A DNA stretch of 64,000 nucleotides from Octopus vulgaris (taxonomy: Eukaryota): positions 29,388,001-29,452,000 of the forward strand of contig OX597817.1 in assembly GCA_951406725.2 (NCBI GenBank), in the 5' to 3' direction. The notes below the pieces were generated by a model, which searched no databases, was not told the DNA's origin, and saw only the letters and a program-made list of their open reading frames with translations. The translations under genes were made by a program, and so were the position numbers. Below are positions 13,546 to 26,560 of the stretch, one piece after another. The first letter of the stretch is position 1. The number at the start of each line of letters is the position of its first letter.

Positions 13546-14306
13546 GCTGGTTCTACTATTAGAACTATTTTGAAAGATTGTATTCACCTCATTGAAGAAT
13601 AGTTAATAGATTACCCGGTCAGAAATATCACTCCAAAAACAGTATTCAATTCTAAAATGCACATCAACAGGACCACACAAGAAAGGTAGGAAGACGAGAG
13701 AGAGAGAGAGAGCGAGAGAGAGAGAAGGTAGGTGTTTCCTCTACATCCATATTACTATCATAACATATTGCTATTTTTAACTTCCAGCAAATAAGATTTA
13801 TGTACACCAGGAAGTGACAAAGACATAATACTGCCAGACATGACTGTACGCAGACATTGAGATAAAGGCTAACTACCCAGATTATTGTTAAATGCTAAAT
13901 AGATAAGAATATCTGCTGATAAATGATTCAATTATAGAGTAAAAAAAATATCACATAGAAACAATTGAAGAAACATACTATAAAGATGTAGAAATATCAA
14001 GAATTGGAACGTTGAAAACAAACACTGAATAATGGGTAAATCTAAAAGAATACATAAATTTATCTAAAATAATACAAAAAGAAAAGATATTGTGATAATG
14101 TCAATTATACAACAGAAAACAAAAAAACTATTAATGCTACAAGGTTACAAGCTAAAAAGGAAGCCACTAGACCAGGGATGGATACCATTTTATTTCCAGG
14201 TGTATTGCACAAAAACCTGTAAGGAAACATGAAAAATTTTTAACTTTACAAATTCATAGGTATGTAAATTTAAGTAGTTCCAAAGCCTTAAAGCTTAAAC
14301 TAATTA

Positions 14307-14695
14307 GGAGTAGGAGTGGCTGTGTGGTGAGTAGCTTGCTTACCAGCCACATGGTTCCGAGTTCAGTCCCACTGCGTGACACCTTGGGCAAGTGTCTTCT
14401 ACTATAGCCTCGAGCCGACCAAAGCCTTCTGAGTGGATTTGGTAGACAGAAACTGAATATGTATATATGTATATATATGTGTGTATGTGTTTCTGTGTCT
14501 GAGTTTGTCCCCCAACATTGCTTGACAACTGATGCTGATGTGTTTATGTCCCCGTAACTTATTGGTTCGGCAAAAGACACCAATAGAATAAGTACTAGGC
14601 TTACAAAGAATAAATCCTGGGGTCGATTTGCTTGACTAAAAGGCGGTGCTCCAGCATGGCCACAGTCAAATGATTGAAACAAGTAAAAGAGTAAA
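14307..14695 (+). mobile_element. SINE family A, full length
   Basis: Same architecture; several CpG>TpG changes. Confidence 0.92.
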
Positions 14696-15989
14696 TGTTT
14701 TTAGAGATTTTATATTAGCAGACTGCACATTTAAATGCAAGTAAAATTTTGTCAGTTGATGAAGGATTTCTTAACTTTATTTTATACAGTTACTTGAACT
14801 GACAGAAATAATAGTTATTTCCCCCTCACATCATATGACCACATGGAAGGAGGATATTAAATGATGATGATGATGATGATGCTGATCCCACCTAGTTCTA
14901 AAAACATTACGTTTGAAAAAGCAAATAACGAAAAGATATTTCTATCTCTGTTAGAATATTTTTAATTGCTTTGCTTGATTAGAACCTATCTGGATTAAAC
15001 TATAAACCTAACTACTGCAGTTAAATGCAGAACATGTCAACAGTCAGTTATAAAATATATTGACTTTAAAGCACATAAAACTGTACAGAACTGATGTTTA
15101 CTGACAAAGACAAAGAATAATCAACTTTATTCTGTAAAACATTTGTATCACACACACACACACACACACATATATACGAAGGAACATCACACAAAAACAA
15201 AACCTATGTAAAAGCTATATATGCTGAAAGCATAAAACTGCTGTGAACAGCAAATAGAAGCAATTCTGTGAAATACCTGAATAATTAGTAAGGAAGCTTC
15301 AATCTCATGAAAGGAAATTATGCATATCTTTATGCCTTTTCCAAAGGTTTGAGGAAAATTAATCAAATGCTTCTCATTTCAAGCTGAAACCAGCAAATGG
15401 TCAATTTTCTTATTTGCAGAGAACATATCATGTGCAATACAAGTGCATCAATTGGAGTAACCTTTATATGTAGACAATGACCTTCTTGGATGAAGATGCT
15501 AAATATACAGCAGATTCATTTTAGAATATGTAATTTTATTTTAAGGTACAATAATTAGATAATATTCACATGCAACTCACACCAGTTTCATACTGCCGTG
15601 TTTTCTTCCTGCTTTAATATTGCTAAGAGATTAAACTGTTTGTGAGATGTAGATTATATAGCCTGATTATACAGTACGTATTTCCTACGTATGTAACTTA
15701 AAAGGAAAAATAAAGTGTTAAAATAAATTTAATAAATACATGAGCAACATAGATAATAATTTACAGACTATCGATTGCAAATAACGAGTTAAATATAATT
15801 TCATATATTGATTCGCATAGTAGCTACTGTAAAAATTTCATCACAGTTTTACCTCCCTAGAGGAAAGGTAAAATCATAGCATGGTACATTTGCTAAAGAC
15901 GTGTACAATGCCATTTCTTAAAAAGACTGCCTTGGGGTAAACAAAAAAATGTGACTGATTTCATCAGAAAAATTAGTAGTAGAAACTTC

Positions 15990-16410
15990 GGATCTTTTCG
16001 GTTTGAACGGCAGTTTTTTCTAGTGGTGTCATGAAATTGTCACCCATAATTATGACCCTAGTATCGATCTATTGCATTTCAATCTATTTTAGGGTTAGAA
16101 TTAGGGTTAGGGGTGGGGGGAAGGGTATCTTTTTTTTCTTCAGAAATGTAAATAAACCCAATCTGTTTCTTAAACGAGGGACATATTTATACGGCATAGA
16201 ATGTTTTCACCTCAATAGACGTCATTGATTGGTTGAAATTGCAGAAATTGAAGAAAATAAACAACAAATATCTTACAAACTATAGAATTTTCTCAATAAA
16301 GCCAAGAGAAAAAGATGTTTTATAAACACATTCTACAGTATACAAAGTTTAAAAGTGTTTAGTTACGTGGAAATTATTTTTAAAAACTGCCGGTCAAAAC
16401 GAAAAGATCC
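15990..16410. mobile_element. GGATC-TIR MITE with 8-bp TSD (Merlin/MULE-like; superfamily uncertain)
   Basis: TIR GGATCTTTTCGGTTTGAACGGCAGTTTTT; TSD GAAACTTC at 15982-15989 and 16411-16418; internal TTAGGG-like repeats. Confidence 0.9.
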
Positions 16411-16780
16411 GAAACTTCACTTCAAAGTAAATTCTCAGTTGATTGGTTGGTAATCTTTATAACAAAGAAGAGAATCATCATACCAGGAGTCCATATTTTA
16501 TTTCTTTTTATTTTGTTTGTGATGTGAAAGGAATATTATCATTATACCTTTATTTGATTAAGTTTTCTTTCTTTTGAATTTCCTTTTAATCATAGATTTC
16601 TAAACAATCGTATATAACTGCTATATCGATCTAGTTGGATGTCATCAGTAAAACGTGGTCTGGAATCTAGGGTAGGTTAAGCATTGCATTGCATTAAATT
16701 AAAGTAATTTTGCAAAAGGAGGCGGAGAATAGGGAAGGTTTATTCATCATCGTTCATAGTTCATTATTATATTAGAAAAA

Positions 16781-16814
<34 letters not shown>

Positions 16815-17534
16815 TAAACCTAATTTGATATTTACATATGAGTTCAAATATCAAAACATCTAAATGTAAATACACCAGAAAACAAAAAGAAAACTAAGAG
16901 ATTTCATTCTACATAACCATAACGTTTTTAGTAAAGCCAGAAAATTTGGATAAATTAGTAAATTTGGAGATGAGAGTATGGAGCAAAAACATTTTTTCAG
17001 AGGGGGAAACTTACTAAAATAGGACCAGCCAAGACACTGTGAGAGGAGAAGCTGAAGAGACAGATAGAGTTTGAGACTGGATAACAGAGATCAGATATAG
17101 TCATGTGTTAAGTTGGGTGAAATTTAAGTTGTTCAACAACCAAACTTGAACAATCTGCGATACAAACTGCTAATGACTTGAAATTCGCACTCTGGCAGGG
17201 TACATTCGCATTTAGTCAGTCACTGCTACTCTTTCTATACATCTTTTTCATCTATACATAACCACTTAAGCCGGCCAACTCAGTAACTATCATAAACTGA
17301 AGTTGTTGACACTAGTTTGTTCTTCAATGAACCGTTGCTTCCAATGCAACATTTTACCAATAAAAACGTGATTAACCGAAAACAATTTCTCCTTTCTATT
17401 TAACACACTGATATTCAGTAACGACTCATTTATTTCTACCCTTGTTTCACACAATTTTTTTATGTTACACACGCACACAGAGGTACATATATTTTATACA
17501 GAGGTATGTTCATCGTTTATAACACATACTATAT

Positions 17535-18152
17535 ACATATAAAAGTAGTTTTAGAGACAACCACCTTCAACTCAATCAAAACAAAGACTTTATACCCGAC
17601 CACTCCATACAATGTTAAAAATTAAATCTTATACTAACTATATCTATTCTGAATCCCATATTTTCTGTTTAAAAACCTACACGTTTCATGAAAGTACGTC
17701 GGTATTGATTAGATACGAAGTATCTAGTTTCAATACTTAATCGGGTCGACATACTCCCAATCTTCAGGTCTGGATTCCTCAACATTACCCCTACGTCTTA
17801 TATACCTTCATGATACTCTATATCTTCAATATAACCTTACTTAACATATGCAAATGAATAGAAATACAAATAATAAATTTTAAAAAATGAATATTAAAAA
17901 TTTAAGGAGTAAAAATTTAAGGAATAAAAATTCAAGGAATAAACATTTAAGGAAAAAAATTTAAAGAGAAAAAAATATGAGTAAAAATTACGAATAAAAA
18001 TTATGAATAAAGAATTGCGAATAAACAAATACGAAATAAAAAATGAAATAATAATGATGAAATAAAAATAGAGACGAAAATAAAACGAATGTTAACTTAT
18101 CTTTTCTTTCCACGGCGAAAATTAGACATAGCTACATCTTTCAAATAAGGTT
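17535..18152 (+). repeat. Unclassified dispersed repeat of about 620 bp (possible Helitron 5' portion), copy 1
   Basis: Colinear high similarity to 52235-52891. Starts in TATATAAAAG like the local Helitron 5' ends; internal AAAAATTTAAGGAAT minisatellite. Confidence 0.8.
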
Positions 18153-18766
18153 ATCGTTGTTTATTTTATTCAATCTATGAATTATCGCAAACAACCAATC
18201 TAGGTTACTTCTTTAGGTTCTCAATTAGAATATTTTTGGATACATAAGAGTTACATTTTATATTATTTAATATCTATTATTAATATTATAATACTTAAAT
18301 ATTTGACGGGACATTTAAACTAAATTCCAAAATTTAAGTTTAAAAATTTCAATTACAATTGTGTTATGTACGGCTAACAATTTAATTAAAAATCTAAAGT
18401 ATCGTAAATTAACTAATTAATATTATATATTTTAGTATGACTTAGTGCTACTTTCCAGTAGTAACGGTTAGTATGTAATTATAATTATAACGTTAGCTAA
18501 AAAAAAAAAAAACATGACTGAGTTTTCATACTTTATAAATAAGGTTTAGTTTATTTACTAAAGAATCTAATCTTAACTCATCTTATTAATTAAACAATTT
18601 ATCCTATTACGTATATTCGTTTAGCAAGATTCTTGATATGAAATCGTGTGAAGGGATGGCCATATTGCCAGTTTAGCCAATAAAAACACACGCATATATA
18701 TATATATATATGTACATACACGCGCATATGTATATATATATATATATATGTACATACACGCGCATA

Positions 18767-18815
<49 letters not shown>

Positions 18816-18926
18816 TTATCCGTAATAATGAAATAATGAAGTTAATTAATTTGGAATAATTATCAATTACACCAAGTAGTCTTCGGCATGTAAAAGCCTC
18901 ATTCGAGGAAAATTTAAGTAATACTA

Positions 18927-19087
18927 AGCAATAAAGGGTTTAGCAACGAATTGCCTTACCACAGACCGAATTTAGAAATAGCAGTCAAAGAGTTATAGCT
19001 ATTTCTAAGAAATAGCTATAACTCTTTGACTGCTATTTCTAAATTCGGTCTGTGGTAAGGCAATTCGTTGCTAAACCCTTTATTGCT
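18927..19087. repeat. Perfect palindrome with 80-bp arms and a 1-nt centre
   Basis: 18927-19006 is the exact reverse complement of 19008-19087. Confidence 0.95.
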
Positions 19088-19126
19088 ATATATATATATA
19101 TATATATATGCATACATATCTATATA

Positions 19127-19729
19127 CGAGGGGTATCCAAAAGAAACCAGAAATTTGCAATATTATTTTATTCACTTAGTTTTACATGTTTACATAGTTA
19201 TCCATCTGAAGCAATGCAGGAACTCTTGGGAAGTGATGTCTTTTAACGCTTCTGTCGTTCTTTTCTTCATCTTCAAGTTCCGTAGCACCAGCTTTCATCA
19301 CCAATGATGACCTTCGAAAAAAGGCCCGGATCAACATCCGGCTGTCTTTCAGTTCCCAACATGCATTCTGTCATGACTGGTTTTGATCTTCCGTGAGCAA
19401 GCGTCACACAAATTTTGCTGCAATGCTCTTCATTCGCTCAAACTTCGTTGGCAGGAGCTCCAGGACACACCAGTCATATCAACGTTTTCGTCAATTTTTC
19501 GGTGATGGTCCTCCAAGAACAGTTCATGAATTTTCATGATGTTCTCATTTTTTCGGGGAGATCGATGGTCGTCCTGAACAAGGATGGTCATAAAGTGACA
19601 AGTAACCATTCCTAAAGCGTGGAAACTACTTGTAAACTTCACATCAAGTGGAATCTAGTGGTGGAAGCCTGAACTACAACGGGTTTGTCCCACAGAGAAC
19701 GTTTACGGTTACTTTTAGGTACCTCCTGG
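19127..19729 (-). mobile_element. Internally deleted mariner (same family as 43063-43976)
   Basis: TA-flanked CGAGGGG...CCTCCTGG ends; transposase fragment NENIMKIHELFLEDHHRKIDE. Confidence 0.85.
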
Positions 19730-20197
19730 TATATATCCAATAGTTCTGAATGGCCAGCAGAAGTAGTTCTTCCCTTTACACATTTTTTGTATATAATGTG
19801 TGTGTGTGTAGATATAGCATGCTTAAGAAATCCCTTGAATTGTTAGGCAATTCCAATCACAATCACGAGGTCCTTGGTCCGATCTCATAAACTGATAGCT
19901 TCTGAAGGCTTCCTTTGCTAAAGTCTAGATATAAGCATATGCCCCACGGGTGAAAATGGGTTGATGGAAACTGTGTGAAAGCTCGATGGATGGACTGTTC
20001 CTGTAAGTTAAAAATTAACGTTCAGCTTTGTCATATAATGCCACGGTGGAACTATGCGAGAACTACTTTATGAATACACGTGTCTGTCGAATATCTAGTA
20101 AAATTATTTAGTAACTTCACATGAATTCAAAAAGCAGATAAGTTAGTCGATCATACAACTGAATACTAATTTTCGAAACTAATGGAAATTTATTATC

Positions 20198-20375
20198 GGG
20201 AGAGTTTACGAAAAAACAAAAAGACGAAGACAAGTGGTGTACAAAGCAAACAGATGTATTAGTATAACGCTCAGGAATAGAAAAAGTCTTTTACGTTTCG
20301 AGCCTACGCTCTTCTACGGAAAAAAAAACAAGGAGAGAAAAAATATGTGCAGTGGCTAACGATCTATCATGGCAC
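20198..20375 (-). mobile_element. Penelope-like terminal repeat fragment
   Basis: Similar to 60902-61110, which abuts a Penelope ORF. Minus strand reads GAAGAGCGTAGGCTCGAAAC, a hammerhead-like core. Confidence 0.6.
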
Positions 20376-20574
20376 TGAATCACGAGAGGGGAAAGTAGGG
20401 GAGATAACAAAGTAAAGATGACCCCTCCCCAACACGAAGGTGCGTGCGTGTATAAGAGAGTATGTATGTGCGTGTGAAAGAGGGCTGGTGGTCTGGACGT
20501 GTGCGTGTATGTATGTGTAGGTGTGAAAATGTGGGGATGGGTGTGTGGGCAGTGTGTTGTTATGTGTAATGTTG

Positions 20575-20752
20575 TGTGGCCAGGAACAGTCTTCGCTACA
20601 TTTGCGGTACCTGCCAGAGGGAGTGTTTGTCCAGGATAGGACTACACAGCCACAGCAGGAAATGTATCAGGACATGAAATATAAAAGCCGGACTAAACCA
20701 CTTTATGCGCAATCCATTGTCTCCCGAGACGGAAAGGATGCCAACCAACCAT
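20575..20752 (+). mobile_element. RTE LINE 3' end
   Basis: Translates YICGTCQRECLSRIGLHSHSRKC, the C-terminal C2HC finger typical of RTE ORF2, then a short tail CCATTGTCTCCCGAGACGGAAAGGATGCC with AACC repeats. Confidence 0.8.
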
Positions 20753-22429
20753 GTGTGGTGTAATACACACACGGCCACGTGTGTGCATGCCACATACACA
20801 CACACTAATATATGTACCTTACTTAAAGTGTGATAATCAGACGTGACCATTCAATGCTGACTCTATTCTTACCTAATACAAAACACTATGCTAAACCCAC
20901 ATACATTTATATTTTTCTATCATAGCGATGATAATACATGTTACGAATATTCAGTAATTGACATTAAGAAGATAGACAATAGTAATATTCTTTGAAATGC
21001 ATTTGTGTTTCTAGCAAGTTTGAAGCATGTTTTACTGATTGTTCATCTCTCGATAGCGAACAATAGTTTCCATGTATATGTGTCCTATTTTTGAAAACAA
21101 AATAATCAATAGATAGCACAAAATAATTTGTAGTTAATTGCTTATGAGAAATTAATATGAAATGAAAAGACCACCAAACAGAAAAGCGAACAATGATCGT
21201 GCGGAGGGAGAAAGATATTTCTGTCATGTCACATATTTAATAACACTGATGAAAGTAGTAGTAGTAGTAGTAGTAGTAGAAGATTGTTATGAATTTTAAA
21301 ATGTGTTAGAAAATATGACCAAAGTTTTACTCATGTGCAAAGTGATATAATATAGGTTGAATCGTACAGTGAGTGTAAGGATTTCCCATTGAGGAGTTTT
21401 ATGGTTTCCTCAAGCATACATACAGCTGTACAATATACGAAACAAGGCTTTACACTAATATGTATGTTTATGTATATAAGTATGTACACACACAATCAGA
21501 GTATATACGTATAAAAACGCACTCACACACACATGTTAGTGGAACCTAAAAGGTTCTTGAATTGTAACTCTGAATTTCAGGTTTCCAATTGTTCAGGCGA
21601 CTGAGATTAGGTAACAGAGTGATAATAAAAGAAACAAAATTTTTTCTCAGAAATGTTAAAATATGATAGACTACAATAGATTGACATTTTATCGGTTGTC
21701 AGAAAAAAATTCATGAAATGCATCCCATAAATAATTTTAGTGCTATGCGTGGAACACCCGTTGTTTTCATTCTATACACGCAATAAAAAAACCTTGATAT
21801 TGCTCTCTCTCTCTCTCTCTCTCTCTTCGGTGCTATGTGTATAAAATATACAAAAGAATTTGAAGTATATTTGATGGTGAAATTTTAATTTCGATAAAGA
21901 AATAATTTTTTTTTTCCTTCTATGAAATATATAGTCATATTTCAGAATGTGGCATATCTCCTATCTAGAAAATAAGATATTCTAGTCAGTTGGTAGTTTG
22001 CAATTTCTCAATAAGTAGTTATCGATTTATTTTCAAGAATTACTCAATTTTGATCTTGCATCCTGAATTGCAATCAGTTGTAACAGAATGTTGTACTTCT
22101 CCAGGTGAAAGAAATTGCACACCCTAAAATTAATATATATAATGTCTGTGCCGTATACAGGAAGTCGATTTTATAAATGCTAATATAATTATCCTTTCAA
22201 CTCCAGATATACTCAGAGAGTGAAGTGGAATGTCGTATATTTTTTAGTATTTTAAGTGAGATATACATCGCTATTTCTTATCCTCTTATCTGCAAGGAGT
22301 CGATTGATAAAGATATACCTTGGAGAGTGCAAGTTTACTGGAATCAAATAGAGAAAAAAGCTTTGCATGTTCGTATTGAAAAGGTTTCTTCTGTTGCACT
22401 GATAATTGAAGCAACAGTGATGCGTATGA

Positions 22430-23775
22430 ATGAGTACAGATGCATAAAGAAGTGCTGATAACTGAAAGAAGGAGACCCAGAAAGATGTGGGATGAAGTGG
22501 TAAGGACCGATCTCAAGAATTTGGGCCTCACGGAAGAAATGGCAATGGACCGAGATGTCTGGCAATATGAAGTTCTTGGAAAGACCTACGTCGGTAGAAC
22601 TGAGTTCTAGAAGTGCTGTGTGTCCCACTCACACTTTGCAAGGAAACTTCTCATACACTCTACTACAACAAACCGAACCATGTCTCTACATATCTTCTCT
22701 TCCTCACATTTCCATTTCATGTACTTTGATTACCCCCACCCCACTCCCCAATCCTGTTCTCTTGGCCCTGTGCCACTGTATCATTGCTCTCTGCTGCCCC
22801 GATCTGTGCGTTCGACCTACATGCCTTGTCTCACTCTATTATTGCTATTTGCTAGCCCCTGACCTCTATGTTCAATCCACACGTAACTCCTTCATACAAT
22901 ATACCTCGCTCTCACTCACCAATTCTATCTTCACACCCCTGTTCCCTTGTATCATTGCTATCCGGTAGCCCCCCCCCAACCCTGTACACACCCTGGTCTT
23001 TCGCCACTTACTCGCACTCTTTAATCACACTCCCTTCGCAGTATCCTGCCTCTTATATCATGGCATTTGAACCTCAAGGGTATGCCCTGGCACTTGCCAC
23101 CATCTATATCTCTCTCTTCCTTTTCTCATCCACCCCATTTATATTCTGATCCCTGTTCCTTGTGAGTATGCTTGGAATTTTGCCACCATCTCTACCCTGA
23201 TGTCTCCCACTCTCTCTCCTTCTCCTGCACTTCCCTCAGGTTGGACAACCGTGTATTTCCTTTGCAGTAGCACACCTGTTTCTGTCTTCATTCCTGATCT
23301 TTCTCTCTCCAGCCAGGTAACCTTGTACTTCCTCTGCAGCAAGACACTTGTATCTGTCCCACTATAACCTTTTCATCATTCAACACAAAATCACCTCCTC
23401 CTCTCTTGAAAGTTTTTTTTTGTCATGCAAGTACTTGGTAATCCTGTCAGTGCAGGTATCACTTAAAAGCATCCACTCCCCACTGTTAAGCGGTTGGTGT
23501 TTGGAAGGGCATCCAGCTGTAAAAACCTTGTCAAAACTGACTTTACATGTGCTTGTGTCATGCAAAAAGCACTACTCACCTTGCCTGTGCTTGTGCCATG
23601 GAAAAAGCACTAAGTCCACTCTGCTGAGTGATTGGTCTTAGGAAGGGTATCCAGCTGTAAAAATCCTGCCAAAACAGTCATGGAAGTCTGGTGCAGGCTT
23701 TGGCCTTGTTGGCTCTTGTGAAACCCATGCTAGCATGGAAGGCGGATGTTAAACGATGATTATAATGATGATGAT
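22430..23775 (+). mobile_element. 5'-truncated RTE LINE (ORF end, long CT-rich 3' UTR, (GAT)n tail)
   Basis: RRRPRKMWDEVVRTDLKNLGLTEEMAMDRDVW at about 22468-22562; tail GGAAGGG(C/T)ATCCAGCTGT...CCCATGCTAGCATGGA...GTTAAACGATGAT. Confidence 0.8.
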
Positions 23776-24057
23776 TATGCCATATAAAATTTTTTTCCTA
23801 TTTTGTATCTGTATATAATCTATTCTCTCAAGAAACAAAGAAGAGATCACCAGTATTCGATGAATAGTATTAGATAAGGTGCAAGCATTTAAGAATGGAA
23901 CTAAGCAATGCAAATTTTGTCTTGAGACTGCAGCACACTGCCAGTGGTTGAAGTGTATTGCACTAATCAGTTGAAGGGTGTTTCGTTATTTATTCTGTTG
24001 TGTTTTATTCTGGAACTGTAACACTACTTCTTATATCTGAATAGTTTACAGTTTATA

Positions 24058-24234
24058 GGCTAAGGAGTGGCTGTGTGGTAAGTAGCTTGCTTACCAACCA
24101 CATGGTTCTGGGTTCAGTCCCACTGCGTGGCACCTTGGGCAAGTGTCTTCTACTATAGTTTCTGGCCGACCAAAGTCTTGTGAGTGGATTTGATAGATGG
24201 AAACTGAAAGAAGCCCGTCATATATATGTGTGTG

Positions 24235-24277
<43 letters not shown>

Positions 24278-24512
24278 GTGTGTGTGTATATTTTTGTGTG
24301 TCTGTGTTTGTTACCCCAACATCACTTGACAACCGATGCTGGTGTGTTTACATCCCCATCACTTAGCGATTCGGCAAAAGAGACCGATAGAATAAATACT
24401 AGGCTTACAAAGAATAAGTCCTGGGGTTGATTTGCTTGACTAAAGGTGGTGCTCCAGCATGGCCACAGTCAGATGATTGAAACAAATAAAAGAGTAAAAA
24501 GAGAGTAAGAGA
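24058..24512 (+). mobile_element. SINE family A, full length
   Basis: Same architecture. Confidence 0.92.
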
Positions 24513-25151
24513 GCTGTTTATTTTGCAGTGGTAAAGTTTTCAAAGAAAAGTTATAATATTTAAGCTGTTACTGTTTAATTCCAGCTCAATCAGCCTCCTG
24601 CAGACTTATGATCATATGAATTGTGGGATTAATCCATATCTTTAAGTGTATTTAGGTATATTCAATGTAATGGTAGTTGATGTTTTTGAGAAAGATTTGG
24701 TTGCTATTTCTAGCAGGTCGAGCAAGTGTTAGAAGGTTCTGTGATTGCCTCAACTACATCACAATAATTTTCTCATACATCAAAAGATTTAATTTTTTGT
24801 GCAGAAAATAAATTTGGTTTGCAATTTTGCTATGCATATTATATAAATACCTAACTCTGCCTTCTGCTTTGAATCAATTTATACTTAATGCACTATGTGT
24901 TCACCCTTTCTCTACTGCAAACCACCACTCTCTCTCTCTCTCTTTTGGGCCACTGCTATCGTCACTCATTACTTACTCTTGTTTGTCCATCACACTCCTC
25001 CCGCTTTCCATCTCAATAATATTATTTCATTGTACTCTTGTTCCTTTCACTCACCAATTCTGGCCTTTCTACCAACACTGCCCTCTTTCCTATTCTCCTC
25101 CTCATTCACCTGAGCAAAAGTACATATTTTTTGTTACTTAATTGTCTACAG

Positions 25152-25816
25152 CAGTGTTTCTCAACCTTTTTACCCTTGCGTAACCCTTAAAATAAATTAC
25201 ATGTCTCAAGGAACCCCTGCACAAATGCAGTTATACACCACATCTTATATTTTTTCATCGTACTTCATATGGTAAATATTATATATAATATATATGATGT
25301 GTGTGTATATATAAGAAACTAAAAATAGGAAAATACGCACACTTTATGTATATATATATAATTACAAATAAGAAAAAGGAGAAACAATTTAGTTGGTTTA
25401 TCAGCTTTAGGATATTAGAATGTTGACTTATTTATTTAACAAAATGAGAACCAAAAGCACCATCCGAACGTGGCCGATGCCAGTGCCGCCTTGACTGGCT
25501 TCTGTGCCGGTGGCACATAAAAAGCACCATCCGAATGTGGTCGATGCCAGTGCCGCCTCGACTGGCTTCTGTGCCGGTGGCACATAAAAAGCACCAACCG
25601 ATTGTGGCCAATGCCAGACTCCCCTGGCACCTGTGCAGGTGGTACGTAAAAAGCACCCACTACACTCATGGAGTGGTTGGCGTTAGGAAGGGCATCCAGC
25701 TGTAGAAACACTGCCAGATCAGACTGGAGCCTGGTGCAGCCCCTGGCTTCCCAGACCCCAGTCGAACCGTCCAACCCATGCTAGCGCAGAAAATGGACGT
25801 TAAACGATGATGATGA

Positions 25817-25883
<67 letters not shown>

Positions 25884-26118
25884 GTTCATAAATTACAGAC
25901 ATCACTAAATATATCCGCAATGGTTGTTATATTTTTTTGATAACATAATAGGTGAGATAGGATGATGTCTATATTACAATATTACAATATCTTGTGCATG
26001 AATAGTAATGTTATGATCAAGAAATTAGCACTAGCTTATTTCACTCTTTCTTGTGGAACCCCTAGGAACTTTTTGAGGAAACCCTAGGGTTCCAGGGGAC
26101 CCCAGTTGAGAAATGCTG
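25152..26118. mobile_element. hAT (Charlie-like) MITE with nested insertion
   Basis: TIR CAGTGTTTCTCAAC / GTTGAGAAATGCTG; 8-bp TSD GTCTACAG / CTCTACAG, close to the NTCTAGAN Charlie target. Confidence 0.85.
25454..25820 (+). mobile_element. RTE-tail retroposon with tandem units of about 67 bp, nested in the hAT MITE
   Basis: Three AAAAGCACC...GGTGGCACAT-like units, then GGAAGGGCATCCAGCTGTAGAAAC...GGACGTTAAACGATGATGATG. Confidence 0.85.
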
Positions 26119-26317
26119 CTCTACAGATACACTCATGCTTCTTCCACCGACCCATTCTGGCCTCTCTGCTTTCATTGTTCTCTCTCCTAAACAGAGAAAG
26201 TGAAGGATTGTGAGAATAATCTAATCATGCCTTGGAACCACAAGAAAATTGTACCCAGTATACTCTGTGAAGTTGTTGGCAATGAAATGGGAATCCAGTT
26301 TCAGAAAGCAAGCCAAA

Positions 26318-26560
26318 GGCGGTGAGCTAGCAGAAACGTTAGCACATTGCGCAAAATACTTAACGGTATTTCGTCTGACTTTATGTTCTGAGTTCAAATT
26401 CCACCATGGTCAGCTTTGCCTTTTATCCTTTCGGGGTTGATAAATTAAGTACCAGTTATGCACTGGGGTCAATGTATTCGACTTAATCCCTTTGTCTGTC
26501 CTTGTTTTTCCCCTCTATGTTTAGCCCCTTGTGGGCAATAAAGAAGTAAAGAAATAAGAA
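26318..26560 (+). mobile_element. tRNA-derived SINE family B (Meta-domain-like centre)
   Basis: Head GGCGGTGAGCT, B box GAGTTCAAATTCC, central GCCTTT(C)ATCCTTTCGGGGT(C)GATAAATTAAGTACC, tail AATAAAGAA. The Meta-domain resemblance is from memory. Confidence 0.85.

Noticed and set aside
16088-16115. Interstitial telomere
   Set aside because: Only a few degenerate TTAGGG units, internal to a MITE family.
18152-18690. Mitochondrial insertion (NUMT)
   Set aside because: Very AT-rich, but no recognisable mitochondrial tRNA, rRNA or protein motif.
21581-21610. 30-nt micro-exon (TTTCAG|...|GTAACA)
   Set aside because: Weak donor; such matches are expected by chance and there is no other evidence.
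25454-25655. CRISPR-like repeat array
   Set aside because: Contiguous tandem units of about 67 bp without unique spacers, part of an RTE-tail retroposon; no cas genes.
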